A DNA stretch of 42,691 nt from Diploschistes diacapsis (Eukaryota), in assembly GCA_023645945.1 (NCBI GenBank), contig JALAIB010000041.1, forward strand, positions 1 through 42,691, given 5' to 3'. Below the pieces are notes generated by a model, which was not told the origin of the DNA, did not search any database, and was given only the letters and a program-made list of their open reading frames with translations. Shown here piece by piece: positions 1 through 14,100 of the stretch (positions are counted from its first letter, which is position 1; every line of letters starts with the position of its first letter). The translations under genes were made by a program, and so were the position numbers.

Positions 1-846
1 GGGCGGGAGAGAGAGGGACGTACAGTGATGGCGGCTTGGTTCATCTTGCATCCGCTTCGGGCGAAGAAGATGTACATGACGATGGTCATGGCGATGGAGA
101 CGGCGTACATGCTGAGGGTGGAGCCGATCAAGAGCACGCGCCAGCCGGAGGAGTCGTGCGTTTCGATCTTCTCGAGGCACCATTCGGCGTAGGTGTGGGC
201 GAGATCGACGAGTAGGATCAGGCCGAGGAGAACGAAGAGCATGGCGCCAACGAAGGCAAAATATTGGCCCCAGATGCGGAAGAAGCTTTCCGGGATGAGG
301 AACGTGATGACAATAAAGGCGAACCAGACAATGATCTTGGGTCCCCAGAACCCGTTCTGAAGTGCTGCCCTTGGATCTTTGGAGGTTCGGACGCCGAGCA
401 GTAAGAAGCATAGGAGGAAGTGGAAAAGTCCTAGACCGAAGTTGATGCGCTGAACGGCAACGAAGCCGTAGCATTCCTTCCCTTGGCAGGTAATGCTCAT
501 GTAGTCCAGTGTGAGATGTTGCAGCTTTTGTAGGGCCCATGGCGTGAGCATCAGCCATGCTAGTATCGAGTTGACAAGTAGGATAAGGGCATATGCAATT
601 CGAGTTGCGATGCTAGGTTGCGGTAAGCTGTGATTGTTGCAGAGCCATGGCAGATGATGATGTACCTGTTGTTGAACTTTCCGCAAGCGTTACACAGCGC
701 CGAGCATGTTGCGGCTCCGCAACAGGAGGCGCCCATAGTGATAAGCTATCAAATCGTCAGCTGGGTAGTCCAGTTCTGGCAGCAATATGACCCACGGTGC
801 CCACGCTCGGGACCGCAAGCAGAGGGAGCGACAGAAGCGCGCCCAT
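1..846 (-). CDS. TMS1: Serinc/TMS1-family membrane protein, 5' part (continues beyond left edge); exons 846-796, 745-666, 612-24, then an intron starts at 23
   Basis: Spliced translation MGALLSLPLLAVPSVGT|LITMGASCCGAATCSALCNACGKFNNS|IATRIAYALILLVNSILAWLMLTPWA...CYGFVAVQRINFGLGLFH...PRAALQNGFWGPKI...LILLVDLAH matches the characteristic Serinc/Tms1 N-terminus; GT-AG introns keep the frame. Confidence 0.95.
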
Positions 847-1463
847 GTTTGCAGATCCTGTTCGACGTACAGTCTGCTCTGAGTCCAAGTCAGGCGATGA
901 TGGATGTCAGTGCTACAGAGGATCTCAAGCTTGCGTCAGTGTCGGTGCTGTCCTTCGTGTTGAGGCTCGAGAATGGTGATTGAAACCCAACAGCGTCAAT
1001 GGCCTGGAGTTATACTCAGCCCTACAGTTCCGCCATTTGGAATGACTTTAAGTTCGTCACATGCTTACTCACTAGGCTAAGATGGGACTAGCAACATAAT
1101 TGACGTTCTGACCGTGGACTCCCGGAGACGGAGACGGTGCACGATAGCAGAGCCCTCGCTGCTGTTTCTGTTGTACAAAGTTACGCGCATATTTCACTTC
1201 CTTCCTATCTCTTTTCTACAACCTGTTGCACCCTACGATCATCTCTTAATTGCTCCTACCATCCCTCAATCATCCGCGAAGCACGCCTGCCCAATCCGCA
1301 TATAACACTTCCTATCACCAACTCGTCCTGGATGACGAATGGCACATCTCGCTCACTACATTCCTCACACCCAGTCGCATCGAACATCCATTGATGTCCA
1401 AAGCAGGAACTATGTCATAGTTTTGGTTTCATAACCCCTCGAGGAGCCACTCCATCCGCTACG

Positions 1464-3481
1464 ATGGGATCCGAGAACACACTGCAGTCCGTCAGAGCGC
1501 TGTCGGTATTTTCAGCTACCATAATAGCTTTGGCCTGTGGAACGAACGTACATCTCCTCAAAACTTCCGCCTTGTTCTCAGGCACTGATCGAAGCATTAG
1601 TATGCTTATTCGGCATGGGGTCCAGAATATGTCGAGAAGCTCGAACTCTCGGCCACAAAAGGCAACCTTATTGTAGGTTCAGATTCGATTGCCATGGAAA
1701 CAACCCTTAATATAGCTAGTCGACATCTGGCAACCTTGGGATGTATTTACTCGGTATACCCCTAGGCAGACTGGTTGATTCCGCCGGGGCAAGAGTTGGA
1801 GCTGTATTAGGAGCACTTCTGCTAGGGGTTGGCTACATTGGCTTATACTACAGTTTGGAGAATCATTTGAGTTTCTCCGCGACTAGCTCATGCTCCCTTA
1901 GGTTATGTATATAGCTCTGCGACACTCCCATTTTGGATACTCTGCCTTTTCTCTGCGTGCACTGGTGCTGGGGGATGCGTAGCATTTTTAGGAGCAATGA
2001 AAACAGGTATGAGAGCTCTGTTACCGCTTAAACTCCGTAGCTAACAGACCTAGCCGCCATGAACTTTCCGACCCATCGAGGCACGGCGACAGCCTTTCCA
2101 CTTGCCGCTTTTGGCCTGAGCGCGTTCTTCTTCTCCTCCGTTGCCGGCGCCATCTCTACCGAAGCTGACGAGTTTCTTCTGGTAGTCAGTATTGGGACCA
2201 TTACCATGACTACAGTTCCGTGTTTATTGCTGAGGACTACTCACTTGCCCACGCTCTACACCACTGTACCGACTGAGGCTCCCCGTGCCACTAGGCCGGA
2301 TTCGCATTCAACCTTAAAATCCAAGCCATTGGGACTTTCAAAGAAGCGGGAATCGCTAGGCTCAGGTACGCAATGTGCTACAGTGGATGGCATAGCCTCT
2401 TCCTCTTCCAGTATCCATGATCGGTCGATTGAGCGCGTAGGCTCAAACTCGGATAAGGATCCAAAGGATAATTTTGCACCGCGCCTAGGAAATGCCAATG
2501 ATAGTGCACAAGAGACCCCCGAGTACCAACCCCCTACTCACCATTCTCTTTATGCAGATGTCCGAGGATTTGCAATGTTGAAGTATAGCGAATGTTATGA
2601 GCTGTTCGTTCTGATCGGCTTGCTCACCGGCATCGGATTAATGACTATAAAGTAAGCGACCATGTTCAAGGCTTAACCGCAGCGGCTGACCATGCGCCAG
2701 CAATATTGGCTTAGATGCGAGTGTGCCCAATGGAGTAGCTGTTCAAGTCACTAACGCCTGCAGGCTCAAGCTCTCTGGGCTCACTGGGACGACAAAACGG
2801 ATGCTATGAGCATCCGTTCAGCACAAAGATTACATGTATCAATCATTTCTCTTTCAAGCTTTACCGGAAGGCTCCTGGGCGGCAAGTTTCTGGATTGATT
2901 AAGCTCTGCCAGAATAACTAACATATAGTTAGGTATTGGTTCAGATTTCATTGTCAGAAGTTGGAGAGGAAGTCGCTTCTGGTGCGTATTCGCCTCAAGC
3001 ACTCTATTCACTATTTCGCAAACAATTGGAATGTCCCTCGACAATCCTCACTTTCTAGTGTTTTTGTCCATCACGACTGGGCGTAAGCTTTCTGAACCGT
3101 GGGTGCATACCATATTGCTAATCGCATATTGCAGTGGCCTATGGTGTTCTCTTCGGCGTCTCCCCAACGCTGGTCGCAGACACGTTCGGCACAGGCGGCC
3201 TGTCCCAGAACTGGGGTTTCATGACGTTGGGGCCCGCCGTCTTTTCCGAAGTCTTCAACCTAATCTATGGTAAGATATATGATGCTCATTCGGATAAAGG
3301 GGCGTCAAAACACAGCAAATGTGCAGCAGGCAAGGACTGCTACAAAATCGCATATATGGTAACCTTCATTGCTGGCCTAATAGGTATGGCCGTGACACTT
3401 TGGTGTATTCGACACCGGCACGTGAAGGAATCTAGATTGCGAAAAGAAGAAGAGGGGATGGACGAGGATCATATTGAATGA
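1464..3481 (+). CDS. MCH1: MFS transporter, MCH1/nodulin-like; 9 exons, introns 1548-1600, 1673-1719, 1853-1901, 2007-2053, 2652-2700, 2717-2763 (GC-AG), 2882-2932 (GC-AG), 3083-3134
   Basis: Motifs ALACGTNYAYSAWGP, GNLGMYLLGIPLGRLVD, AAMNFPTHRGTATAFPLAAFGLSAFFFS, GIGLMTINNIG, GRLLGGIGSD, AYGVLFGVSPTLVADTFG..GLSQNWG are typical of fungal Mch1; the splice model gives one continuous frame. Confidence 0.9.
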
Positions 3482-6400
3482 TTCCTGCATTGGGCGGCGC
3501 TTACAAGTAAGCATTATTAGCGCACTCTATAATAGACATGGAAAAGATTCACTACTACCTGCTCGTGTTGATCGGTGTTTGTATTTGCAGAGGTATTAAG
3601 CCCGCATTCTGCTAGATTCTTGTGAATGTGTTTGCCCTAGCAAACTTGCCCCCAATATTTGTTTAAGTTCTCGACCCTTCCTCTCTCTTCATCAGCAGTT
3701 CCTTTCTCGTTTCTTTCTTTTGATGAAAATTTTCATTGATACTAGTATGTATGTATCAATGCACATACAGAAAACAACTGCACTTCCTTTCAAGTAGTCT
3801 TTAAAGGTATAGTGACTTAAGGGGCTATATGAAAGAATGCCCACAACAGGGGAAGCAGCAGTCTACAATCTCAAGACCTTGGGTCCACGTGTCCATCTGC
3901 TTCGACAAGCTATACTACTTGCGTGTTACCAGGATTTCAGACTTAACAAAAGAAACGAACATCCTTTACTTCAGCCATCGGTTATCTCCCTTCCGGACGA
4001 ATGGGATTATCTCTCTTGATTTTGAAGACACTTGAAGAGGCTAATTCTGCGATTCACATTCTATCATTGTTACCAAATCTTCGGGCACCGTTACTTATAT
4101 GGAACATACAATACGGATCTCATTGCCGGGTACCTTGTGATGGCGGTGACTTCTGCAAGACTGCTAACGGTGCAGTACGTGCAAGGTTCGAAGGACGCAC
4201 TTGGAAATGGCATTATATCAGACGCGATCCGTTTTGCCATTCCTCCGTAGGATTGGAAAGCAGCTGCATACATGGTGGAGAGGCGAGCAGACTGTCCGAA
4301 AGTTCTAACCGGAGAGCGGGCGCTATTCACATAGCCGCCGAAAAGAAGAGCATTCCCATCGCTTATGAAGAGGCGCGTTTCACCCGGCTGTATTTTGGCG
4401 ATGCTCACGACGTCCACGACATCAATACACCTTAAACTGGCACTATCTATGAACGAGATCGGCAGTGGACTGGAAGTTCCATAGGCCAAGATAGGCATTG
4501 CGGCCGACTGTTATATAGGGCTGGGGTCTTGGGATGATAATTTGTGCTGGCTACGGACCTGGGCGTGATCGGACGAAATCAAGATCCCAGGAAGTTCCCA
4601 CTAGCAGATTGAACCCTAAGACAATTACGATAATAATAAGGAGAGCTCAGTGAAGAGCGATCGGATAGATCTATGCAACCGAGAATTTTCAAAACATTCT
4701 TACGACTTACCAGGGAATAGCCATGATGTCTGAGCTACTGGAACAAGAAGCTGATGCCGACAGGAAGCAAGGGTGGTTCTCTATGCCGTCTCGGATTCAT
4801 CGCAGGGCTGCGTGCTTCGTCGAAAATATACACCAAAAGAAGACCAGGCACTTGCGTCTCGGAACTGGTTGAAGAGTCTGGTTCACCATAGGAACACCCC
4901 TGAACGAGGGTTTGGGAATGACAATAGGATCATCCTAGCCTGTGTTTACTGGGGCCGTAGGCAAGCATATACCGCTTTTGTCATTCTCCATTCTGCTCGG
5001 ACCGTCTTCCTGAGTTCTAGCTAGTTGAACTTCGCAAGTTCTTTATGTCGGGTGGACTCTCGTCTTCAGCTTCTATCACGCTCCGTCTTTCCGCTCTATG
5101 CAAAGTCTCACGCTCCTTTTCGCTTGGTTTGAGGCTGGGCCAGTCACTTTACTCTCTAATACAGAAGGTTTAAAAGGTAGGACAGTCGCCAAAGTGTGCG
5201 TTAGCCTCGTATATATACTTTCGTTAATTATGTGGAGGGCTTTTCGAGCAAGATTAGCTTCAAGCTCGTAATTGCCAGGCGGCTGCTGCGCCTAGAAATT
5301 AGCGAAAACCGATCCTGGACGTCCCTTGGGATCTGTTGCTTTCGTCTAGGACGAATAGGCTTACGGCTACCTTATATACAGAAAGGTACAATATGAGTAA
5401 TACGAATTGCGGTCTGATGCCGCAAAGGACCTTTGTCTCTGTTTCCTTCCCCTAATGAGATCTTAGACTTAAGCGATTGGAAATTTATGTTGCCTGCTAC
5501 ATCTCTGATGATTTTTTCTTGTCCCAGGTTCCATGAGTGGAGTGTGGTCTGAAAAATATAGGCCTTTCATATCCGGGATCATGTTTAATCCATCCACTAA
5601 TACGATCGGGCAGCTTGCCAGTGTGGCAACCACAAGGCTAGCATGATGCTGGTTCACCTCTGGTTTTGCTCTCTATGAGATAAAACTTAACGGTTATGGG
5701 GCGGCAGCTTGGGCTTGCGATTCGGCCAGAGATAATTAGTCTGGAAATTGGTTGTTATGCCAAGTGGTATCTACTGGCGAAAAGCACCGAGGAAAATAAG
5801 GAATGGTCACTCTAGGGACTCAGGAGACGTGTTTGCGCGGACATAGACGCTGTCGTCCTGAAGATAACTTCAGGAGAGTCTTATAATTCGTTGTCTGGAA
5901 CCGCCTTGGAATCGGGAATACATCCAGCCATTCTACGAGCCATGGTTAGAACAGCAGCGATGCGCAACGCATGGAGAATGCGAGGCAACGAGAATTACGA
6001 AGGTCGGATTCAGGTGCTTACGTGACACCACGTGGGAGGAAGCTCTGCGATTCTATAGATGGACTGGCCGTACCTTGTCAAATATCTGGAAACACTCGAA
6101 GCCAAGAAGTACACACACACGGCACGATTTTAGGTAGCTGAACATGCGTACTCCATAGAGCAGGCGCGTTCTGTTCACCCAGCAACCTCGACTTATTGAT
6201 TAAAGGGCCAGGCTCAAGGTTCCTTTCTTCTCTGTTGACGATAAAGCGTCGCCCGTACTAGAATTTGATCTTCTAGGAGACCCCAGGAGACAACTAGTCG
6301 ACACTTTTTTTATAGGATGAACTACTAAATAACGAAAATTCCTGATGAGATCCGCTCACCCCTTCGAGAAGCTACTCTTACAAGCACTACCTTACTTTAT

Positions 6401-7729
6401 TAGCTTTGGCACAGGTGATGGCTCCACTTCTGCCACTCCTACTCGTCGTAGGACGGCCAAAACTCTGTGGGATAAAGACACGCCTTCTTGCTACTTGGGC
6501 TACCTTACCCTAGAGCTCGAAATGCATAGGGAACAAAGCGTTGGCATATCGGAGCATGATGGACAGGCAACTGATGGGCGCAATGCTGGGAAGAAGCTGG
6601 CGAGAAAAGATGCTTGTAAAAAGAGTAGGTTAGCACTCGCTGGTATGATGTTAGCAGGTAATATGATTAATATCTTACGCTTGAGAGAAACCAATATCAA
6701 GGGCTTCCGGAGCCCTATGTTGTGAAGACAAATACGGGTTTCGGACTTGAAAATTCAGCCTTAGAATTTATTCGCCAATGGTTGGGTGTAGATAGACCGA
6801 CCGCCGACAATGTTAGGCATTACATCCCTGTCGTACACCAGCCGCCAGGTTTTTTCAGCTAGGGACAAAACCACGACATCCAGAGTTTGGATCGAGTCTA
6901 GGCTAAGACGTGAGAAAGAAGCATGGCCTCCTTCAGCGAATCCAGTTATCGTCATTGATTAGTATCGTTAGATACAGTGGTTTTGAGGACATGCCGTGCT
7001 CTCTAGGGATGCAATCCCAGAGTGTAAGCTTCCGAGATGTTCATAAAACATCATCCAGGGTACTGGCTGTGTGGCACCGAATCAAACGACAAATAGACCT
7101 GAGGAAGGTATAGTATTGTGACCTTTCAGTTCAGCGAGACCCATATATCATGTCCATCTTCAAGCATTTATTGATACATCTTTGATTCTTCCAAGATCGT
7201 ATAGGAAATCACAGGTAAACAACCACTACATCCGGTCTAACTTTACATCTGGCGCTCTCACGATGAACTGAAAGGAAACTCGAATCTTCCCATGAGAAAA
7301 CTAGGAATTTCACAAAAGTGATTACGCAGTGTTTGTCGCAGAACATAGGAATGGTCTAAAAACCATGAGGTCTTAAGGGCCGTGCTTCACGCTTCATCAA
7401 TAGAAACCGGCCCATGGCACATGGATAGGCCTGTTCGGCCAATATAGCGCCACGGTATAGGCCAGAACTGCGAGACGAAACTACGCAGCACATTCAGGTA
7501 CTAGTACTAATGCGTGTGCTGACTACGCGTAAGCACCTTCTTAAGATTTATATACATCGAACAAGCTCCCTTTGGCTAAAGTGGAAAAGAGATGTATTCA
7601 AAAGTGAAGAGGTTCCCGAGCAGGTTCCCGAGCATCAAATTGACAAAAGGAATTTTCATGGGCTCTGTTTTTCCCAAAGCAGAGTAGTTAGGATTTCGAG
7701 CAGGGAGTTCAAGTATCAACTTGAATCTA

Positions 7730-8176
7730 GCGGAGAGCCTACATTCTCCCACAAGGACTGCTCTGGGCTTGAAACAAAGCTACAGAATGGAGTCACAATC
7801 TACGGAAGGGAAGATGCTGTGGTACAATTGGCAGAAGTAGTCAATTCATACCCAAATTTATGGATTGATACGGGCAATGTTACGATACCTGAGTCACAAT
7901 ACCTTGAGATACCATTGCTGGACAATTGGCGAGACAATTTACAAAGCAGGGCCAGCGAAGGTATATCCTATAAGTAATCGAGATCAAGCCCTGATTGATG
8001 AGAGCTTCGACGAGCTTCATATGCAAGGAAGGCTGGCCTGGACGATTGAACATACGCCGTTTAGTTTCCCGGTGTTTGTGATATGGAAAGTAACGGATGG
8101 CATCAAAAAAGGAAGAGTCGTTGTCGATATTAGGCCTTTGAGTAAGGTGTCTGAAAAAGACTCTTATACGATGCCG
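7730..8176 (+). mobile_element. Ty3/gypsy LTR-retrotransposon pol relic (region upstream of and including the RT N-terminus), frameshifted near 7935 and truncated
   Basis: ETKLQNGVTIYG...LAEVVNSYPNLWIDTGNVTIPESQYLEIPL then, in a shifted frame, KVYPISNRDQALIDESFDELHMQGRLAWTIEHTPFSFPVFVIWK...KGRVVVDIRPLSKVSEKDSYTMP: the gypsy RT pattern (P-x-F-V-x-K...R-x-V-x-D-x-R-x-L-N...D-x-Y-P-x-P); no YxDD, RNase H, integrase or LTRs seen. Confidence 0.88.
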
Positions 8177-11100
8177 GTTGCAAATCTCTGCTCTTTCTTA
8201 GTGCCACAATGAGTCATTTAGCTCACTTGATCTTTCTTCGGCCTATTACTCTGGACATGCCAGGAATACCATACATTGCTCTTAGTACCTGGGATATATA
8301 ATATGTCAAAAAAAAACTCTCTCTATCGCTCTGTGAAGCAGATGACAGATAGCTAAGCGCGATAGGATTCAACTCTCTTGCTTTTACGGACATGGATTGC
8401 TGACCTGCCTGACAGACTTTCCTACTTGCCCCTTAACCCGAGCCAGGTGTTTTTGAATTAGTCGCACCGCATGTCCATTCCTGACATGCGAGGTAAGGCC
8501 ACTTATATTGTCAAGGACCATTGACAGAGGCCGAGGGGATCTTGCGATTAGCTCAAGTGAGGCTTTCGAGCTTCAAGAGTGCTTGTGCCACCACCCAACA
8601 CTTCCCTGTTATAGAGACTCGGTAAAATACTAATGTTAAGGGGGATTTGAAAAAGCACAGGAAGCTGTGCCAGCGTATACATTCATGTAAGGACCTACTG
8701 TGGCCTAAGAAAACCTTGGTACCGGGGAAGTGAAGAATTTGCCAGACTAAGAGGCTGTACAGTTCATAATCAGCCATAAAAATTTTTAACGATAGGCCGA
8801 TGGAAGCCAATAAAGAGCGGAACGCAAACAAGGTGATATGCTTTCAGCCTGCGACTATGAGTACTGGGACGAGGCCATCCGGGATTTGCCTTTATATTCA
8901 CCTAAATGAAGCAGTCGACGATACAGCAGTTATACAGTATCTGATAAGCGAGAAATGCAGTTTCAGATCATAAGACTTTTAGACCTTTCTTGAAAGTTCG
9001 GATTGGACCGACATGGCTCGTTCACTATATATGCTTGAAAGACATAGAAAAAGACTAGTTCAAATATTGACCGGGTATAATCAATAGACGAATCTTTGGA
9101 AAGGTTCTTCCTTCGACTTAAATCCGCAAGTTGTTCACGACCAGAACTGAAAGCCCAGTTTATCTGTTTTGGGTACAGGAAACAAGGATCAAATTAAATT
9201 TTCAAGCACGAAGGTAACCTCCACGATCAGGTCTCCTCTCCCCTGAATTTCGCTCCTACTTGGAGGGAGCCATAACCCGAGCGGAAACCTTTGCGGCTTA
9301 AATAGCATTCCAAAGCGAGAGGATATACCTCCCAACTGCTTAGATTGTAAGGATCTAAAACTGTTACTCTTGAAGTGCTTGCTCGCCCTTAGGTTCCATT
9401 GTCTTAGCGGTACAGCCCCTTCACACATATAGTTCAAGGAGCTCAGGGTCTTCCTAGTTTCCCATACATCACGCCACAGTCACCAACAGTTTGTTCCTAG
9501 GAGCCGATAGTGGACGGATTATGGTTATATATGTGGATCAACAAGACCTAAAGATTGCTGCCAAGTATTCTTCAAAAGGTCTGAACTCACCTGCAGTCAC
9601 AAAGAAATGCTGCCCAGGTTCGTCAGCAGTAATAAAGAAGTGTTGTCAAGAATGATTGTCGCTGCCACGGCCATGACAATACCGCAGAATATCTGCCCCT
9701 GTGATGGCCCCAAATGCATGGAGAGGAACCTCTCAAGCTATCGATTGAAGAGCCGAAAGAACCCAGGCTATATAATCTATGAACCTTTTTTATCTTACGA
9801 TCATCGTCGGACCTGAGGTGAACCGGGATCCTATTATCAAAAGCGGACATATATACAAGCGTATGAGCTGGGCGTTAGAGCAAATTAATCAGACCGGAAA
9901 GGAGTGGGTTTCGAGCGTTCTCCTACAACAGCCCGTCGTTTCTTAGCTTTTCCACATAGCCGGCATCACACAGCGGCAGGTGGTTTGTTCCCGCCTTTGC
10001 ATCTCTGACTTTCCAGTGAACGGATTTGCACGCCCGTGCTCGATCAAATTCACACACTTACACAGGGATTAGTATAAAAGTCAAACACCGCCTGTCGGTC
10101 TCTATCCCATCACCAGGCATCAATCTTTTATAGTTACTCAAGAACTGTTGGTCAAGACACTAATGGAAGCCAGAGGAATTGCTCAATCAAGCATCATTCT
10201 TGCTCAGGATACATCACGACCCTGCACACCCGGCCATGAATCAGGACAGACTCAAGCCACGGAGGATGAAAGCATTCCAGCTATATATTTTTGTACCTTC
10301 ACAAGCTACTGGCAGGAGCCCGGCGTCTTCAATTCTATGTTGGTGTTATAGCATACATTGCGATTAAAAAGGGAACTCATGAGTATGAGAATACAATGGG
10401 GGACAGACTCCTGCAAGATACATCTGAGCCAGATACAGGCGTCTCTCACCGGTGCTTTCTGTTTCCTAAACAGAGCGAATATGACACAGCAAGTTTACAG
10501 GTAGTACTTGCCAGCGTTGCTCAGTCAGCATCCTTAAAGCCAAGAGAATCCCAAGAGGTGTCGTTGGGTCCGCGCGATACATCCTAATTAATACCCGCGG
10601 TTATACCAATCAAGATTCCCCCATCAGGCAGGCATCTCTGCAAGATTGCATTGAGTGCTCATAGAGAGAGAAGCTGAACGATGCGCAGGACTAACGACAT
10701 TAGTCTTTCACTTACGAAATGCGGCGCCTTAGTGTACATCACGGTCGACGTGCATGAACCTTTTGATCGATAACGAACAAGAATACAATGATTCAGACCA
10801 TAAAGCTTGCCTCAGTATTATTCTGATAGTGTGTCTCCCCCCACAGCAAGAGTATGTATAAGGAAGCTTCAAATGAGGGCTCTGGGGGTAAATGTCTCGC
10901 AACATGGTCAGCATCTGCGCCAGCAACGGGAATCATTGCAATGCTAGGTCGAGCTCAGAAGAAGTCTTATGGATGAAGACCCGCAAACAATGAGAAGAAG
11001 ATGAGAGGACAGTTCTCCGTGGCCTCCTCGACGGACTGTGGATGCAAGCCTTGTTGCCAAATAGAAAGCTTACACATCGTCATATATATAACCAGCACGG

Positions 11101-14100
11101 CCAGAGATGGACAGGCTTGAATCGTGCTTTCTCCATGGTACACTATGTGGAGAGCCATGCTTCTCATTGATACGGAAATAATAATATCACTGCTCTAAGC
11201 TGAACGTTATAGACGGGTCAGATGATAGAGGCTAGGAAATATACTCTCTGCCGATCATGCACTCGGAAAATAGATGAAGGGGGCCAAAACGGAACAACAA
11301 AAACGAAAGCCAAACAGATAATGGCATTAATGAAAGTGTAAGGGAAAATCAATCGTATATAGAGAAATAGGCCTTCGACAATCCTGCCGCTGGCTATCGG
11401 TTGTGTGTGCCTTCCTCTCTGGAGGCAAAGCTCTTCAAACAAGTACATGATCCCAACGGGCATCTTGTATACGCTTGGTCGCACTAGCGACTGACTGAGC
11501 AGTATTACATTTGGGACATGTCAAGCAAATAGAACAGGCTTTCTATAACCAATCCCAGCCCCTGCTCGACCATTTCACCTAAACAGCGTCCTCTTGCGAC
11601 CAGTACTCGCGGATGAAGCCATACCTAGGTATACCCAAGCACAATCAGTCTTTTACCTTCTAGGTCTATCTCTGAAGAGACAATCCAGTACTCATGTACT
11701 ACGTCCTGAGAAATCTGAGTTCTGAAGAGTAGCTATATAGCCATTAGAGGATTTTATTTTTAGGACCACAGACTTGCAAGAACTAGAGCTTCAGCTCGGA
11801 GACGGTAGGATATGCTGGTTACATAAGATTATGTCAGACAAATTACAACTAACTGACGACCTGCATCAAGCGCCAATGCAATCCAATCCATAGGGTACTA
11901 GCCAGGACAGTTTTATCTGACAGAGAGAGGCTAATGAAGGATCGCCACGAAGCCATAATTTGGCCACCATAAAAAAGGCGACCAAAGGGCTAGGCTCACA
12001 GTACTGTACAGCAGCAGACAATATCACTCTGGGAGATTGTTCGCCATGCACTGTTATGCTTCTGAAAGGAAATTTTACCGGCAGGATTCTATCGCAGAAA
12101 GAAACTCATACAGGATACCGATACCGCGAGAAGGTCTTGGTGCTCTTCATGAGCGTAAGTCTCTAGGGTTTGCACCTGTTCGCAGGCACTTGTATCTTTG
12201 GCCAGCAAGGAAAGGTCAAGTTCCATCCCTGGGACAAGCACAAAGCTTACCTAATAATGGCCTAGGCCAGCAGTCTATGAGACAATATTACTCTTTAATC
12301 AAGAACTGGAGAGATAAGCCCTGTTGAACCAGGGAAAAAGTGAAAAAGAGGTGTAGCGACGGATTAAACTAGACTCAAGCCTTGGGCTCAACAACATAAA
12401 CCAGAGTTACATTGACACGCACTTCGGAGCGCCAAACCCACTCCTACATGGACCTATGGACCGGCTAGTGAATGAGCTCTAAGATAGTTCACTGGTACTG
12501 TAGACATTTAACCAGAGATTCGCTTCCGCGTCGTGGCAGACTTCCAGCTGGACTGTCGACAGCACTTACAGGTTAATTTCCTCTCTGACCCATAGATGGA
12601 TAATACCACATGAACTTCGGGACCATAGCTTGCTCTGGTTTAGGGAATTCGAGACCAACCGTTGAACCAAAAAGGGCGCCGCCTCAGGCAGAGAACTATC
12701 AGTTTATGAAAGGCGGAACTTTTGTTCTCGCACAGAAAGTGTAGCCAGCTACTTTGAAGAACACATAATAGTCTAAAGAGCTAATAGGAGAATGTGCACT
12801 AGACTGGCAAACAGTCGATTTGAATTAGATTCCATGACGACGTAGGGAGAGACGAACCAAATCAGCACAATCTTAAGAACACCGTCACAATACATTCCAA
12901 TTTACATGGACACTGTGCTGTCTCTCTTGCGAGGATGTCTGTAGCGCCGCGCCCATTCTCCAGAAACAAAGTCATAAAGGCACTACCTTAAGGGCCAGAG
13001 ATCCTTACATCTGGACTTCTTTCAGTCGTTAAAGCCGAGTATAAGTCTGGAGTGCTATATCCATTCCCCTCAGAACGACAGTGAGGCAGGTCCGGTCAGC
13101 CTGGCTAGCACAGCGTGCACTCTGCTTAGGGCACTAAGAATCAAGCGCGTCACAAAAGGCATCTCAAACGCTGTCACCGTTTGAAAGTCACGGAGGAGGT
13201 CCACTGCGTACTAATACGGAATATAAAATTGTCTGCAACCCCAGCAGCTGCTCTTTCGTATATAGCATCATATTGAGCAGGAGGCGAAGAGAGTCGGGAA
13301 GATATTTCTGGGCCAGTTTGCATGCACTACATTCGAGACTTATTCCTTGGTTCTACTTGAGGGTAAAATAAACCTAATTGGCATCTAAAAGGCTAGTTGC
13401 CTTTTTTCTATTCAGGGTGGCTAAGACTTGGGCTTGGAGAGCCTACGGCGAAGTCCAGACGGGGGTTCTCTCGTGAAGAGAAGGATGTATATGTCCCAAC
13501 TCAAGACGCAGGTAACAGCCGACTTTTGCGAGTGGAACAAGACGGAAGGCTGAAAACATGACGCCTTGCGCAAGGTTAATCGGTCAATATATGTACAGAG
13601 AAAGTTGACAACAATCTAAAAAGGTGTACCACATAAGTACATCAGGGTCTCTGTCCAGTCTACGGTCAATCGTCGAAGACGATAGGGAGCTGCCTTGAAG
13701 AACAATGTCTAAGAGGATAACATTACTCATAATACTGGCGAAATTCAGTAACTAATTACTTTAGGGGAGTGGCTGAGTCAATGCTGTTGTTGACTGTCTC
13801 AGGCACGAAACCGGGTACCTGAGACAACTCTCTTTATGGTATTTCTCGAGATAGAAATAGGTTCATCTCCGGATTGCGTGTCTGGCCTCAGAAAGGATGA
13901 ATAGAGTGGTTTCAAGAGACCAGCAGCTGTGACTCATTGTTCTGCGCTCACTAGGAGACTATCTGAAGCTTAAGTTGACATGGAGGAATCTCCGAGCAAT
14001 TGATACAGAACCAAAACTATACTAGCTCTGCATCCTCTTGCTTGGAGAAAAGAAAGACATCGCCCTAGATTCACTCGCTAAGCACCACAGGCCCCCTAGG

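Noticed and set aside
3829..4498. Cluster of overlapping short ORFs
   Set aside because: No recognisable domain or consistent splice model
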